A stretch of 47,836 nucleotides of DNA from an uncultured Oscillospiraceae bacterium. GTDB lineage: Bacteria > Bacillota > Clostridia > Oscillospirales > Oscillospiraceae. The DNA lies in contig CAAELC010000147.1 in NCBI GenBank assembly GCA_900756715.1, positions 1 to 47,836 on the forward strand, read 5' to 3'. The position numbers were made by a program, and so were the translations under genes. Numbering within the stretch: position 1 is the first letter of the stretch; each line of letters starts with the position of its first letter. The notes under the pieces are model-generated. The model made no database searches and was not told the origin of the DNA. It saw only the letters and a list, made by a program, of their open reading frames with translations. Below are positions 18,330 through 28,210 of this stretch, piece by piece.

Positions 18330-19082
18330 ATGGAAAAGATTTATACCCGTACAAAAACCATTCAGGAGGACAAGGTTTCCGGCTTCTGTCCCGGATGCAT
18401 GCACTCCACCGTCATCAAGCTCATCGGCGAGGTGCTGGAGGAGATGAATCAGGTGCAGAACGCCGCCTGTGTGCTGGGCATCGGCTGCTGCGGCCTGCAC
18501 ATGGATTACATCGCCTATGACAATACCACCGCGCCCCATGGCCGCGCCTGTGCCGTGGCCACCGGTATCAAGCGCGCTAACCCCGATACGCTGGTCTACA
18601 CCTATCAGGGCGATGGCGATCTGGCCTCCATCGGTCTGGCAGAGACTATGTCTGCCGCCAACCGCGGCGAGAACTTCACTGTCATCTTCGTCAACAACGG
18701 CATTTACGGCATGACCGGCGGCCAGATGGCCCCCACCACGCTGGTGGGCATGAAGGCCAGCACTGCGCCCAACGGCCGTGATCCCAAGGAGCATGGCTAC
18801 CCCATGCATATGTGCGAGATTCTGAACCAGCTGACCGCTCCCTACTATCTGGAGCGTACCAGCTGCAACACCCCCGCAAATGCAAACAAGACCAAAGCAG
18901 CCATCCGCAAGGCGTTCCAGAACCAGCTGGACGGCAAGGGCTTCTCCATGGTGGAGATCGTCACCAGCTGCCCCACAAACTGGGGGCTGGACCCGCTGGC
19001 CGCTCTGGATTTCATCGACGAGAAGATGCTGCCCGAGTTCCCCTTGGGCGTATACCGCGACAAGAGCAAGGAGGAGGCGTAA
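18330..19082 (+). CDS. 2-oxoacid:ferredoxin oxidoreductase TPP-binding beta subunit
   Basis: FCPGC, HGRA, QGDGDLASIG, NNGIYGMTGGQ, SCPTNW. Confidence 0.92.
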   Translation: MEKIYTRTKTIQEDKVSGFCPGCMHSTVIKLIGEVLEEMNQVQNAACVLGIGCCGLHMDYIAYDNTTAPHGRACAVATGIKRANPDTLVYTYQGDGDLASIGLAETMSAANRGENFTVIFVNNGIYGMTGGQMAPTTLVGMKASTAPNGRDPKEHGYPMHMCEILNQLTAPYYLERTSCNTPANANKTKAAIRKAFQNQLDGKGFSMVEIVTSCPTNWGLDPLAALDFIDEKMLPEFPLGVYRDKSKEEA

Positions 19083-19083
19083 C

Positions 19084-19644
19084 ATGGAGAGAAATCTGAT
19101 GGTCGCCGGTTTCGGCGGACAGGGTGTCATGACCCTCGGTAAATTTCTGGCAGAGGCCACCTGTGATTCTACCGACAAGAATGTAACCTTCTTCCCCTCC
19201 TATGGTGCGGAGCAGCGGGGCGGCACCGCCAACTGCTATGTGGTCATCTCCGACGAGCAGATCGGTGCGCCTCTGGGCGACATGATGGACGACCTGATTG
19301 TCATGAATGATCCCAGCCTGAATAAGTTCCTGTACAAGCTGAAGAAGGGCGGCACGCTGTATATCAACAGCTCCATCGTTACCAGCGAAATTACCCGCGA
19401 TGACCTGAAGGTGGTCAAGGCCCCTGTGACGGAGCTTGCCCTGGAGCTGGGCAACAGCAAGGTGCTGAACATCATCATGCTGGGCGTGTATGTGGGCTAT
19501 ACTCAGGTGGTGCCCGAGGATGTGGTGTGGAACACCATCGAGCATAAGCTGAGCAAGAAGCCTGCCCTGCTGCCCATGAACAAGGAAGCGTTTCACCGCG
19601 GCCTTGCCATCGGCAAGGAGCAGCGGGCGCAGCACGGCCTGTAA
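19084..19644 (+). CDS. 2-oxoacid:ferredoxin oxidoreductase gamma subunit
   Basis: AGFGGQGV, PSYGAEQRGG, NIIMLG; ATG at 19084 after GGAGG. Confidence 0.92.
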   Translation: MERNLMVAGFGGQGVMTLGKFLAEATCDSTDKNVTFFPSYGAEQRGGTANCYVVISDEQIGAPLGDMMDDLIVMNDPSLNKFLYKLKKGGTLYINSSIVTSEITRDDLKVVKAPVTELALELGNSKVLNIIMLGVYVGYTQVVPEDVVWNTIEHKLSKKPALLPMNKEAFHRGLAIGKEQRAQHGL

Positions 19645-19717
19645 TCTTTCATAGGGGTACGCAGAATCTGCGGGTGCATACCCTCCGCACCGGCAGACGC
19701 GCTACCCGTTAGCTGTA

Positions 19718-19755
19718 GAAAATGCCCGGCTAATTTCCTTTAGCCGGGCATTTTC
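19718..19755 (+). terminator. Intrinsic terminator after the oxidoreductase operon
   Basis: GAAAATGCCCGGCTAA / TTAGCCGGGCATTTTC. Confidence 0.8.
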
Positions 19756-19806
19756 CACAATATTTTTCAGATAAACAGTGCAAGATTACAGTTTTTTTCT
19801 GCCCTC

Positions 19807-19835
19807 TTGCGTTTTGTTGAATCATTCGGTAAAAT
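19807..19835 (+). promoter_or_regulatory. Putative sigma-A promoter for the MFS gene
   Basis: TTGCGT-17-TAAAAT. Confidence 0.45.
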
Positions 19836-19874
19836 GAGGCGTACACCAAATTTCAAACATTTCGGAGGAATTAC

Positions 19875-21110
19875 ATGAAAAAGCTTTCTCGCTGGGCCTA
19901 TGTGGTCGTTGGCGTGGCCGTGCTGCTGTTTTCCGGCATGGTCTATGCATGGAGCGTTCTGTCCGGCCCCATCGCTGCCGAATTTCCGCAGTGGAGTCAA
20001 TCGCAGCTTTCCTTAACCTTTACCATTGTCATGGCCCTGTTCTGTCTGGGCGGTATGACCGGCGGATTTCTTTCTGGCAAGGTCAGTCAGAAAATTTATC
20101 TGTGGGTGTCTGCCGCTTTATTTCTGGTGGGCTTTTTTATGGCGTCCCGCATCCAGAGCCTTGCCGGGCTGTATATCAGCTTTGGCGTAATCTGCGGCTT
20201 TGCCAGCGGCCTGTCCTATAACGGCGTGCTTTCCACCGTCGGCAAGTGGTTTCCGGATAAGCAGGGCCTGATTTCCGGTATTCTGCTGATGGGCTTTGGC
20301 CTGAGCAGCTTTCTGGTTGGCAAGATTTATCAGGCCGCCACGCCCGATACCATCGGCGCATGGCGCATCAGCTTTTTGGTGCTGGGCATCGTCACGGCGG
20401 TGGTCATGGCCCTCTGTGGATTCCTGCTGGAAAAGCCGGGCCCGGATTTTGCCGCGCCTGCTGCCGCCGGGAAAAAACGGGCTGTTTGTCCTGTGGCGGC
20501 GGAGCTGTCGGCGGGTCAGATGGTGCGCCGGGGCAGCTTCTGGCTGTTCTATCTGTGGGCCATTCTGGTCAGCGCCGCCGGCCTTGCGCTGGTAAGTCAG
20601 GCCAGCGGCATTGCCCGCGAGGTGGGACAGGGCATCACCGCCTCCACCATTGCCACTGTGGTGGGGATGATCTCCATTTTCAACGGCATCGGCCGTGTGA
20701 TTTTCGGCGGCATGTATGACCGTGTCGGCCGCCGGTTGACCATGCAGCTGGTGAATGTGCTGTTTATCGTCACTGCCGTGGTGCTGGTGTTTGCCCTGAA
20801 GCTGGGCAGCTTCCCGGTGCTGGTGGTGGGCTTTGTGCTGGGCGGCCTCAGCTATGGCGGCGTGACCCCCACCAACGCGGCTTTCACCAGCGGGTACTTT
20901 GGCCTGCAGCACTATGCGCTGAATCTGGCGCTGGTCAACACCAATCTGATGATTGCCTCCTTTGGCAGCACCATTGCCGGTGGCCTGTATGACAGCTCCG
21001 GCTCTTATATGAGCACCTATCTGATGATGGCGGTGCTTGCGGCGCTAGGCATTCTGGCGTCCTTTGGTATTACGCTGTGCGACAAGCGAACGCTGGCCCG
21101 GAAGAAATAA
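19875..21110 (+). CDS. MFS transporter, oxalate/formate antiporter (OFA)-like
   Basis: About 12 hydrophobic segments; YAWSV, KWFPDKQGLISG..GFG, FNGIGR..FG..YDRVGRR. Confidence 0.85.
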   Translation: MKKLSRWAYVVVGVAVLLFSGMVYAWSVLSGPIAAEFPQWSQSQLSLTFTIVMALFCLGGMTGGFLSGKVSQKIYLWVSAALFLVGFFMASRIQSLAGLYISFGVICGFASGLSYNGVLSTVGKWFPDKQGLISGILLMGFGLSSFLVGKIYQAATPDTIGAWRISFLVLGIVTAVVMALCGFLLEKPGPDFAAPAAAGKKRAVCPVAAELSAGQMVRRGSFWLFYLWAILVSAAGLALVSQASGIAREVGQGITASTIATVVGMISIFNGIGRVIFGGMYDRVGRRLTMQLVNVLFIVTAVVLVFALKLGSFPVLVVGFVLGGLSYGGVTPTNAAFTSGYFGLQHYALNLALVNTNLMIASFGSTIAGGLYDSSGSYMSTYLMMAVLAALGILASFGITLCDKRTLARKK

Positions 21111-21150
21111 GCTGACGCCTGCCTTGAGGCCGGCGTGCCGTTCGGGGAGG

Positions 21151-21356
21151 TTATCCGGCGGGCTGACTCTGACAGCGGCGCATCATCACCGCCACAAAAG
21201 CGGCTACGATCAGTTCCGTAATGGGCATGGCAAACCAGATGCTCCCTGCTCCGGCCACTGCCGGCAGCAGATAAATCAGAATGCCGCTGATAACAGCGCC
21301 CGCCCCACAGACACGATAAAAGCGGTGGTGGGCTTCATCACTGCCTGAAAATTCAT
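21151..21356 (-). pseudogene. Internally deleted, frameshifted MATE-family efflux gene remnant
   Basis: RBS AAGGAGG then MNFQAVMKPTTAFIVSVGR; after a 1-nt frameshift GAVISGILIYLLPAVAGAGSIWFAMPITELIVAAFVAVMMRR...stop, typical of the last MATE helices. Confidence 0.75.
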
Positions 21357-21414
21357 ACGACTGCCTCCTTGATAGTTTCTGCGGTGGTCAAGCGGGAAAT
21401 GTGGCCCGGAATGC

Positions 21415-21538
21415 AAAAAAAGCCGGATAAAGCACAGGCATCTCAGCCTGTTGCCTTATCCGGCTCATCATTTCCAACGAATGATTTGCCCTCCGAGCAA
21501 GCGGTAGGTATTATAGCTGCTTTTTCGGCAAATGACAA
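21415..21538 (-). promoter_or_regulatory. Promoter plus 5'-leader terminator (attenuator) upstream of the MATE remnant
   Basis: TTGTCA-17-TATAAT (21538-21510); hairpin AGCCGGATAA...TTATCCGGCT followed by U7 (21465-21415). Confidence 0.65.
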
Positions 21539-21611
21539 GCGTATGCGAGCATAAAATGCCTGCAAAGCGGAGTCTGACTGCCCGCCGACGGATCCGTCGC
21601 ATTCCACCGGC

Positions 21612-22997
21612 TTACGCCAGTGCTTCCAGCCAGGCGCGCTCCTTTTCAATCTGGCGGCGCACCTCCTGCGGGGCGGTGCCGCCATAGGAGCCGCGTGCAT
21701 TGACGCAGGCGGCGATGCTGACATCTCCCAGCATGGCCCGGGAAATTCGACTGTCGATGGCAGACAGCTCTGCGTCCGTCAGTTCTTCCAGCTGGCAGCC
21801 CCGGCCCTCGCACACCTTTACCATGCGGCCCACAATGGAGTGTGCCTCCCGGAAGGGGATTCCCTGTTTGGCAAAATGCTCTGCCACATCGGTGGCATTC
21901 AGGAAGCCCTTGCCCATCTGCGCCTGAATCTGGTCCATCCGGAATTCCGTGTGCTCCAGCATTTTTGCGAAAATCAGCAGCGTTGCCTTCCATGTGTCCA
22001 CTGCGTCAAACAGGCTCTCCTTATCCTCCTGAAAATCTTTGTTATAGGCCATGGGCGTACCCTTCATTACGGTAAGCAGCTGCATCAGGTCGCCATAGAC
22101 CCGCCCCACCTTGCCGCGGATCAGCTCTGCCATGTCGGGATTTTTCTTCTGGGGCATGATGCTGCTGCCGGTGCAGAAGCTGTCATCAATGGCAATGTAC
22201 GAAAATTCAGAAGAATTCCACCATGCAAATTCCTCTGCCCAGCGCGACAGATGCATCATGGAAATGGAGGCATCGCTGAGAAATTCGATGCTGTAGTCCC
22301 GGTCACTTACGCTGTCCATGGCGTTTTCGGTGGGGGCGATAAAGCCCAGCAGCCGGGCGGTTTCATGCCGGTCGATGGGCAGCGTAGTGCCTGCCAGCGC
22401 GCAGGCGCCCAAAGGGCAGTAGTTCATCCGCTCCAGTGTGTCCTGCAGCCGCTGAATGTCCCGCTTGAACATCTGAAAATAAGCCATGAATACAAAGCCG
22501 AGGGTCAGGGGCTGGGCGTGCTGCAAATGGGTAAAGCCGATGCTGATCTGGTCGGCGTACTGCTCCGCCTTATCCAGAATCACCGTCTCCAGATATTTCA
22601 GCCGTTCCAGAATTGCCCCGATTTCCCGCCGCAGGTACAGGCGTCCATCCACCTGGCACTGGTCGTTGCGGCTGCGGGCGGTGTGCAGCTTTTTCCCCAC
22701 CTTGCCGACGCGGGCAATGAGTCGGCTTTCGATGCCCATGTGAATGTCCTCGTCGTTGACATCAAAAGTGATCTTTCCGGTCTGAATATCGGCCCGAATC
22801 TCCTCCAGTCCGGTAATAATGGTCTTCGCTTCGTCCTCCGTGACGATGCCCTGCCCGGCCAGCATCGTCACATGGGCGATGCTGCCGTCTATATCCTCGT
22901 TATACATTCTCTGGTCGAAGAAGATGGAGGCGTTATACTGCTTGACCGCCTCGTCCATTTCTTTTTCAAATCTTCCGCCCCATAAGCTGCTCGCCAT
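21612..22997 (-). CDS. argH: Argininosuccinate lyase
   Basis: LWGGRF, EDIH, LHTARSRNDQ, GFTHLQHAQP, GSSIMPQKKNPD, YNKDFQEDK. Confidence 0.98.
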   Translation of the reverse strand: MASSLWGGRFEKEMDEAVKQYNASIFFDQRMYNEDIDGSIAHVTMLAGQGIVTEDEAKTIITGLEEIRADIQTGKITFDVNDEDIHMGIESRLIARVGKVGKKLHTARSRNDQCQVDGRLYLRREIGAILERLKYLETVILDKAEQYADQISIGFTHLQHAQPLTLGFVFMAYFQMFKRDIQRLQDTLERMNYCPLGACALAGTTLPIDRHETARLLGFIAPTENAMDSVSDRDYSIEFLSDASISMMHLSRWAEEFAWWNSSEFSYIAIDDSFCTGSSIMPQKKNPDMAELIRGKVGRVYGDLMQLLTVMKGTPMAYNKDFQEDKESLFDAVDTWKATLLIFAKMLEHTEFRMDQIQAQMGKGFLNATDVAEHFAKQGIPFREAHSIVGRMVKVCEGRGCQLEELTDAELSAIDSRISRAMLGDVSIAACVNARGSYGGTAPQEVRRQIEKERAWLEALA

Positions 22998-23029
22998 TGC
23001 GTCTCGTCCCCTCTCCCTTTGTTGGGTAC

Positions 23030-23144
23030 ATTATAGCATGTGGGGCGAAAAGGTCAAGGGTCTATATGCATATTTTTTCAAAATATGCATATAGACCCTT
23101 GTTTGTACAGCTGTATTCGGCAATTTCGTGCATAATTACTCATT
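23030..23144 (-). promoter_or_regulatory. argH promoter with 21-bp inverted repeat and ARG-box-like sites
   Basis: TTGACC-16-TATAAT (23057-23030); perfect inverted repeat 23056-23100; ARG-like 18-mers at 23065-23082 and 23127-23144. Confidence 0.6.
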
Positions 23145-24477
23145 TTGGGGACAGAAGCCTGCTCCTGCGAAGCAGATAATACCCATAACCTGCGGCGTCT
23201 GCCAGAAACCAGCCGATAGGGATGGCGGCCCAGATAGCTGTTTCCCCCACAGAACCTGCCAGAGCGTAGGCCAACGCTACCCGGGTGCCCAGGGAGATTA
23301 CTGTCAACACCACCGACATGCCGGGATGCTTAATGGCCCGGTAAAAACCATAAAGCAGGAACAAGCACCCAATCCCCACATAAAATGCGCCCTCGATGCG
23401 CAGATAGCGTACGCCGGCCGACAACACCGCTGTTTCCTCCGGCCTGATAAAAATGCCCATCAGAGGCCGGGCCAGCAGAAATACCAAAAGGGAGATAACC
23501 GCGGAAAAAGCGGCGCTGACTGCGGTTGCCTGACGAAATCCACGACGCAGCCGGTCTTTGTTTCCGGCGCCATAGTTCTGGGCGGCAAAGGTAGAAAAGG
23601 CATTCCCGAAGTCCTGCACCGGCAGATAGGCAAAGGTGTCTATCTTCACAGCAGCGGCAAAGGCGGCCATAGTAACAGGACCGAAGCTGTCTACCAGCCT
23701 CTGGATCAGCAGGATGCCAAAATTCATGGCTGATTGCTGCAAGCAGGTGAGAAAGGACAGGTTGCCGATCTCGCCCAGAATTTTCCGGTCAAACCGGAAA
23801 TCGCAGCGGCGGGGCAATACCTCCCGGCAGCGCAGCAGTGAATAGACAAAAAGCCCTACGCCGGACACATACTGGGCCAGCACCGTAGCGGCAGCGGCCC
23901 CGGCCACGCCCCAGGAAAACGCCAGCACAAACAGCAGGTCAAGTCCCACATTCAAAACAGCGGACACGCCCAGAAACAGCAGCGGCGCCGTGGAGTTGCC
24001 TACCGAGCGCAGCAGGCAGGCAAAAAAGTTATAGAGAAAGGTTGCCAGCAGGCCTGCGAAAATAATTTCCAGATAGCGGCCCATATCGCCCCGCAGCGCC
24101 TGCGGTACCTGCAAAAAGCGGAGAATCGAAGGCAGCCCCAGATACACGCACCCTGTAAGCAGCAGCGTCACCAGCAGAATCAGACAAAAGGCGTGGGCCA
24201 CAGACCGGCGCAGGTTTTCCCGATCACCGCGGCCCTGATAAATGGAAAATAGCGCCCCGGAGCCCATAGCAAGGCCCAGAAAAATGGATGTGAGAAAGGT
24301 CATCAGTGTATAAGCAGACCCCACTGCCGCCAGTGCATCCCGCCCCAAGGCCCGGCCCACAATAAGCGTGTCGGCAATATTATAAAGCTGCTGCAGCAGG
24401 TTCCCGGCCACCATAGGCAGGGCGAACAGAAGCAGCCCCTTCGTGATGCTGCCCTGCGTCAGGTCACGGTATTTCAT
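23140..24477 (-). CDS. MATE-family efflux transporter
   Basis: DLTQGSI, FALP..GNLLQQLYNIADT.IVG, LRSVGNS..PL, QNYGAG. Confidence 0.93.
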   Translation of the reverse strand: MKYRDLTQGSITKGLLLFALPMVAGNLLQQLYNIADTLIVGRALGRDALAAVGSAYTLMTFLTSIFLGLAMGSGALFSIYQGRGDRENLRRSVAHAFCLILLVTLLLTGCVYLGLPSILRFLQVPQALRGDMGRYLEIIFAGLLATFLYNFFACLLRSVGNSTAPLLFLGVSAVLNVGLDLLFVLAFSWGVAGAAAATVLAQYVSGVGLFVYSLLRCREVLPRRCDFRFDRKILGEIGNLSFLTCLQQSAMNFGILLIQRLVDSFGPVTMAAFAAAVKIDTFAYLPVQDFGNAFSTFAAQNYGAGNKDRLRRGFRQATAVSAAFSAVISLLVFLLARPLMGIFIRPEETAVLSAGVRYLRIEGAFYVGIGCLFLLYGFYRAIKHPGMSVVLTVISLGTRVALAYALAGSVGETAIWAAIPIGWFLADAAGYGYYLLRRSRLLSPK

Positions 24478-24513
24478 GATTTTTCGTCCTTAACAATCTC
24501 AGGTATTACAGCG

Positions 24514-24545
24514 AAAAGCAGAGGGACAGTTCTGTCCCTCTGCTT
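24514..24545 (-). terminator. Terminator of the pyr operon
   Basis: AAGCAGAGGGACAG / CTGTCCCTCTGCTT with TTTT on minus strand. Confidence 0.75.
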
Positions 24546-24581
24546 AGTGTAGCATAAACGGCCGCGATTGGCTACCTGATT

Positions 24582-24998
24582 TTACTTGGCCTTGCTTTCG
24601 CAGTACAGGCAGCGATAAACCCGGTTTTCCCGGTCGGTCAGACGGAACACCTGCTCCAGCTCCTGCTCCACCGAGGTGATGCAGCGGGGATTCTTGCAGT
24701 GGATGACGCCGCGCACTTCCTCAGGCAGATCCAGATAGCGCTTTTCCACCCGCTGACCATTGCGGATGATGTTGACGGTGGTGCCGGGGGCGATATAGCC
24801 CAGCACGGCAAAATCCAGATCCATTTCGGTGTCAATTTTCAGAATATCCTTCTTCCCCATCTTGCCGCTGGAGGCATTGCGGATAATGGCTACCTGACAA
24901 TCCAGCTTTTCCAGTTCCAGCATCTTATAGATTTCCATACTTTTGCCGGCGGGGATGTGGTCCAGCACGATTCCGTTCTTTACAGCATCAATGTTCAT
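24582..24998 (-). CDS. pyrI: Aspartate carbamoyltransferase regulatory chain
   Basis: [16 protein letters not shown], Zn ligands CKNPRC and CLYC. Confidence 0.96.
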   Translation of the reverse strand: MNIDAVKNGIVLDHIPAGKSMEIYKMLELEKLDCQVAIIRNASSGKMGKKDILKIDTEMDLDFAVLGYIAPGTTVNIIRNGQRVEKRYLDLPEEVRGVIHCKNPRCITSVEQELEQVFRLTDRENRVYRCLYCESKAK

Positions 24999-25914
24999 TT
25001 TCTACCTCCTTGAGCAGCATCTGAATCAGCGCCATGCGAATGAACTTTCCGTTTTTCACCTGCTTGAAGTAGCAGGCCCGGGGATCGTCGTCAATTTTTG
25101 TGGAGATTTCGTTGACACGGGGCAGCGGGTGCAGGATTTTCAGCCCGGCCTTGGCGGTTTCCAGCTTGTCCGGGGTGAGGATATAGCTGTCGCGCAGGCG
25201 GAGATAATCCTCCTCATTGAAGAAGCGCTCTTTCTGCACGCGAGTCATATACAAAACATCCAACTCCGGCATGACCGACAACAGATCGTCAGTCTGGAAA
25301 GTATCCATGTGGTTCTTTTCCAGCACATCCTTGCGGATATAGCTGGGCAGCTCCAATTCGGGGGGAGAGATGGTGATGATGCGTACATTCTTGTACCGGG
25401 ACAGGGCGGTGATGAGGGAATGGACGGTGCGGCCAAACTTCAGGTCGCCGCAGAAGCCGATGGTAAAGTTATCCAGACGGCCCAGCTCGCGGCTGATGGT
25501 GAGCAGATCGGTCAGCGTCTGGGTGGGATGGTTATGGCCGCCGTCACCGGCGTTGATTACCGGCACCTCGCTGTGCATGGAGGCTACCCTTGGCGCACCT
25601 TCCTTGGGGTGACGCATGGCGATGATGTCAGCGTAGCAGCTGACAGTGCGGATCGTGTCAGACACGCTTTCGCCCTTGGAAGTGGAACTGGACTGAGCGC
25701 TGGAAAAACCAAGCACGCTGCCGCCCAGATCCAGCATGGCCGCCTCGAAACTCAGGCGGGTACGGGTGGAAGGCTCGAAAAACAGGGTTGCCAGCTTTTT
25801 CCCGGTGCACACCCCGCGATAAGCGGCGGGATTTGCGATGATGTCGTTGGCCGTCTGGATGAGAGAGTCAATCTCCTCCACCGACAGGTCCATAATGTCC
25901 AGTAGATGTCGCAT
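24988..25914 (-). CDS. pyrB: Aspartate carbamoyltransferase catalytic chain
   Basis: [37 protein letters not shown]. Confidence 0.98.
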   Translation of the reverse strand: MRHLLDIMDLSVEEIDSLIQTANDIIANPAAYRGVCTGKKLATLFFEPSTRTRLSFEAAMLDLGGSVLGFSSAQSSSTSKGESVSDTIRTVSCYADIIAMRHPKEGAPRVASMHSEVPVINAGDGGHNHPTQTLTDLLTISRELGRLDNFTIGFCGDLKFGRTVHSLITALSRYKNVRIITISPPELELPSYIRKDVLEKNHMDTFQTDDLLSVMPELDVLYMTRVQKERFFNEEDYLRLRDSYILTPDKLETAKAGLKILHPLPRVNEISTKIDDDPRACYFKQVKNGKFIRMALIQMLLKEVENEH

Positions 25915-25926
25915 GTTTTTTCCTCC

Positions 25927-26559
25927 TTATTTGTGGATCCAGGATTCGTCCGAAGGGTTATTGCGGAAGGCAATCAGCCGGGCGCAATCTTCGGGCCTTA
26001 TATAGCCGGTTTCGGCGGCGGCTTCCACCACAGCGTCGAAATCTGTTAAACTGATGTTTTTCACCCCGGCGGCTGCCAGCCGGTCCAACCCCTTCTGCAT
26101 ACCATAGGTGAAGATGCTGACCACGCCCAGCACCTGTGCGCCCGCCTCGCGGAGCGCATCCACCACCTCCAGCACGCTGCCGGCGGTGGAAATCAGATCC
26201 TCAACTACCACAACCTTCTGGCCCTTTTCCAGACGGCCCTCGATACGGTTCTGACGGCCGTGATCCTTTGCCCCGGAGCGCACATAGCCCATAGGCAGAT
26301 TCATCAGGTGGGCAGTGATGGCGGCGTGGGCAATACCGGCGGTGCTGGTTCCCATGAGAACTTCTGCATCCGGATATTCCCGGCGGATGGTCTCGGCCAG
26401 ACCATTTTCAATCTGTGTGCGTACCTGAGGCGCCGTCAGCGTCAGGCGGTTGTCACAATAAATGGGGCTTTTGATGCCGCTGGCCCAGGTGAAGGGCTCG
26501 TCCGGGCGGAGAAACACCGCCTGAATGGACAACAGCGCTTTTGCAATCTCTTTTTTCAT
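25927..26559 (-). CDS. pyrE: Orotate phosphoribosyltransferase
   Basis: [31 protein letters not shown]. Confidence 0.97.
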   Translation of the reverse strand: MKKEIAKALLSIQAVFLRPDEPFTWASGIKSPIYCDNRLTLTAPQVRTQIENGLAETIRREYPDAEVLMGTSTAGIAHAAITAHLMNLPMGYVRSGAKDHGRQNRIEGRLEKGQKVVVVEDLISTAGSVLEVVDALREAGAQVLGVVSIFTYGMQKGLDRLAAAGVKNISLTDFDAVVEAAAETGYIRPEDCARLIAFRNNPSDESWIHK

Positions 26560-26591
26560 GCTATATTTCCTCCTGCTTGTGATATACGGAA

Positions 26592-27293
26592 TTATCGGCC
26601 CAGAAATTCCTTCATGGCCCGGCGGTACTGCGCCACGGGGTCGGCAGCCCGGGTGATGGGGCGGCCCATGACGATGTAGTCAGAGCCGATCTGAGCGGCC
26701 TTTTCCGGCGTGGTGACGCGCACCTGATCCCCCGCAGCGGAATCGGCAAAGCGAACGCCGGGTGTAACGGTCAAAAAGTCCGGGCCGAGTGCCGATTTTA
26801 CAGCACCTGCCTCCAGCGGGGAGCAGACCACGCCGTCCAGCCCGCAATCGCAGGCGAGAGAGGCATACCGGCCCACCACCGTCTCCATGGGATGGGGAAT
26901 CAGCAGCTCCTGCTCCAGCACCTGCTGGGAGGTGGAGGTAAGCTGGGTGACGGCGATGAGCAGAGGGCGGGTGCCGTCGGGCCGGGTCAGTCCCTGCAGA
27001 GCGGCGGTCATCATTTTACTGCCGCCGGCGGCGTGGAGATTTACCATATCCACCTGCAGGCCGGACAGCACCGCCATGGCAGACTGCACCGTGTTGGGAA
27101 TATCGTGAAGCTTCAGGTCCAGAAATATCCGGTGGCCCCGGGCCTTGATCTGGCGGACAATGTCCGGGCCGAGCGCATAGAACAGCTCCATGCCGACCTT
27201 TACATAGGGCTTTTCCTCCTGAAACAGGTCCAGAAAGGACATGACCTCCTTTTCGCCGGGAAAATCCAGTGCTACAATTACATCCTTTGCCAT
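26592..27293 (-). CDS. pyrF: Orotidine-5'-phosphate decarboxylase
   Basis: [36 protein letters not shown]. Confidence 0.98.
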   Translation of the reverse strand: MAKDVIVALDFPGEKEVMSFLDLFQEEKPYVKVGMELFYALGPDIVRQIKARGHRIFLDLKLHDIPNTVQSAMAVLSGLQVDMVNLHAAGGSKMMTAALQGLTRPDGTRPLLIAVTQLTSTSQQVLEQELLIPHPMETVVGRYASLACDCGLDGVVCSPLEAGAVKSALGPDFLTVTPGVRFADSAAGDQVRVTTPEKAAQIGSDYIVMGRPITRAADPVAQYRRAMKEFLGR

Positions 27294-28210
27294 CAGTGGG
27301 CACCTCCTATAATTTCAGTCAGACTGTTGATTCCGTATTCTTCCATTGCCTCGGGTAAGGCGCGGATGATGTCGCGGCAGGCACAGGGCTCTGTCAGATT
27401 GGCCGCCCCAACCTCCACCGCAGACGCGCCTGCCAGCATCATTTCCAGCACATCCTCGGCACAGGAGACACCGCCCATGCCGATGATGGGAATTTTCACT
27501 GCCTCATATACCTGATACACCATCCGCAGCGCCAGCGGGAATACACAGGGGCCGGACATGCCGCCCATCCGGTTTTTCACCACCGGCTGGCGGCGCTTCA
27601 GATCAATGCGCATGCCGAGCAGGGTGTTGATAAGGCACACACCGTCGGCGCCGGCATCTTCCACTGCCCGCGCAATCAGGGCGATGTCCGTGACATTGGG
27701 GGTAAGCTTGATGTAAACCGGCTTTTTCACGGCCTTTTTCACGGCCTCTGTGACCTGAGCGGCAGCCTGAGGGGAGGTTCCGAAGCTCATCCCGCCGCCA
27801 TGCACATTGGGGCAGCTGATGTTGATTTCCAGCAGGCCCACACCCTCGGCCTCGTCGAATTTCCGGGCGCAGGCGACAAATTCTTCCACGGAAAAGCCGC
27901 TGATGTTGGCAATGACCGGCTTGTGATACACCTGACGCAGCCGGGGCAGCTCCCGCTCAATTACCACGTCCACACCGGGGTTTTGCAGGCCCACGGAGTT
28001 AATCAGCCCTGCGGGAATTTCGGCAATGCGGGGCGTGGGATTTCCGAAACGGGGGTCACGGGTGGTGCCCTTCATGGAAATGGAGCCGAGAATATTCAGG
28101 TCATACCACTGCGCAAATTCGTAGCCAAAGCCGAAGGTGCCGGAGGCCGGAATGACCGGGTTATCCAGCCGCAGGCCGGACAGCGTGACACGTGTATCCT
28201 TATTCTGCAT
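27293..28210 (-). CDS. pyrD: Dihydroorotate dehydrogenase 1B catalytic subunit
   Basis: ASGTFGFG, GNPTPRI, NSVGLQNPG, NISCPN, KLTPN, GGMSG. Confidence 0.96.
   Translation of the reverse strand: MQNKDTRVTLSGLRLDNPVIPASGTFGFGYEFAQWYDLNILGSISMKGTTRDPRFGNPTPRIAEIPAGLINSVGLQNPGVDVVIERELPRLRQVYHKPVIANISGFSVEEFVACARKFDEAEGVGLLEINISCPNVHGGGMSFGTSPQAAAQVTEAVKKAVKKPVYIKLTPNVTDIALIARAVEDAGADGVCLINTLLGMRIDLKRRQPVVKNRMGGMSGPCVFPLALRMVYQVYEAVKIPIIGMGGVSCAEDVLEMMLAGASAVEVGAANLTEPCACRDIIRALPEAMEEYGINSLTEIIGGAH

Noticed and set aside
18880..19083. N-terminal extension of the gamma-subunit ORF suggesting a fusion or frameshift
   Set aside because: The beta subunit ends cleanly at 19082 and gamma has its own GGAGG + ATG at 19084
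16692..19178. 828-aa minus-strand ORF
   Set aside because: Antisense to the strongly codon-biased oxidoreductase genes
21064..21724. Small ORFs 21064-21348, 21369-21554 and 21443-21724
   Set aside because: They overlap the MATE remnant, its leader and the argH end; no coding signatures
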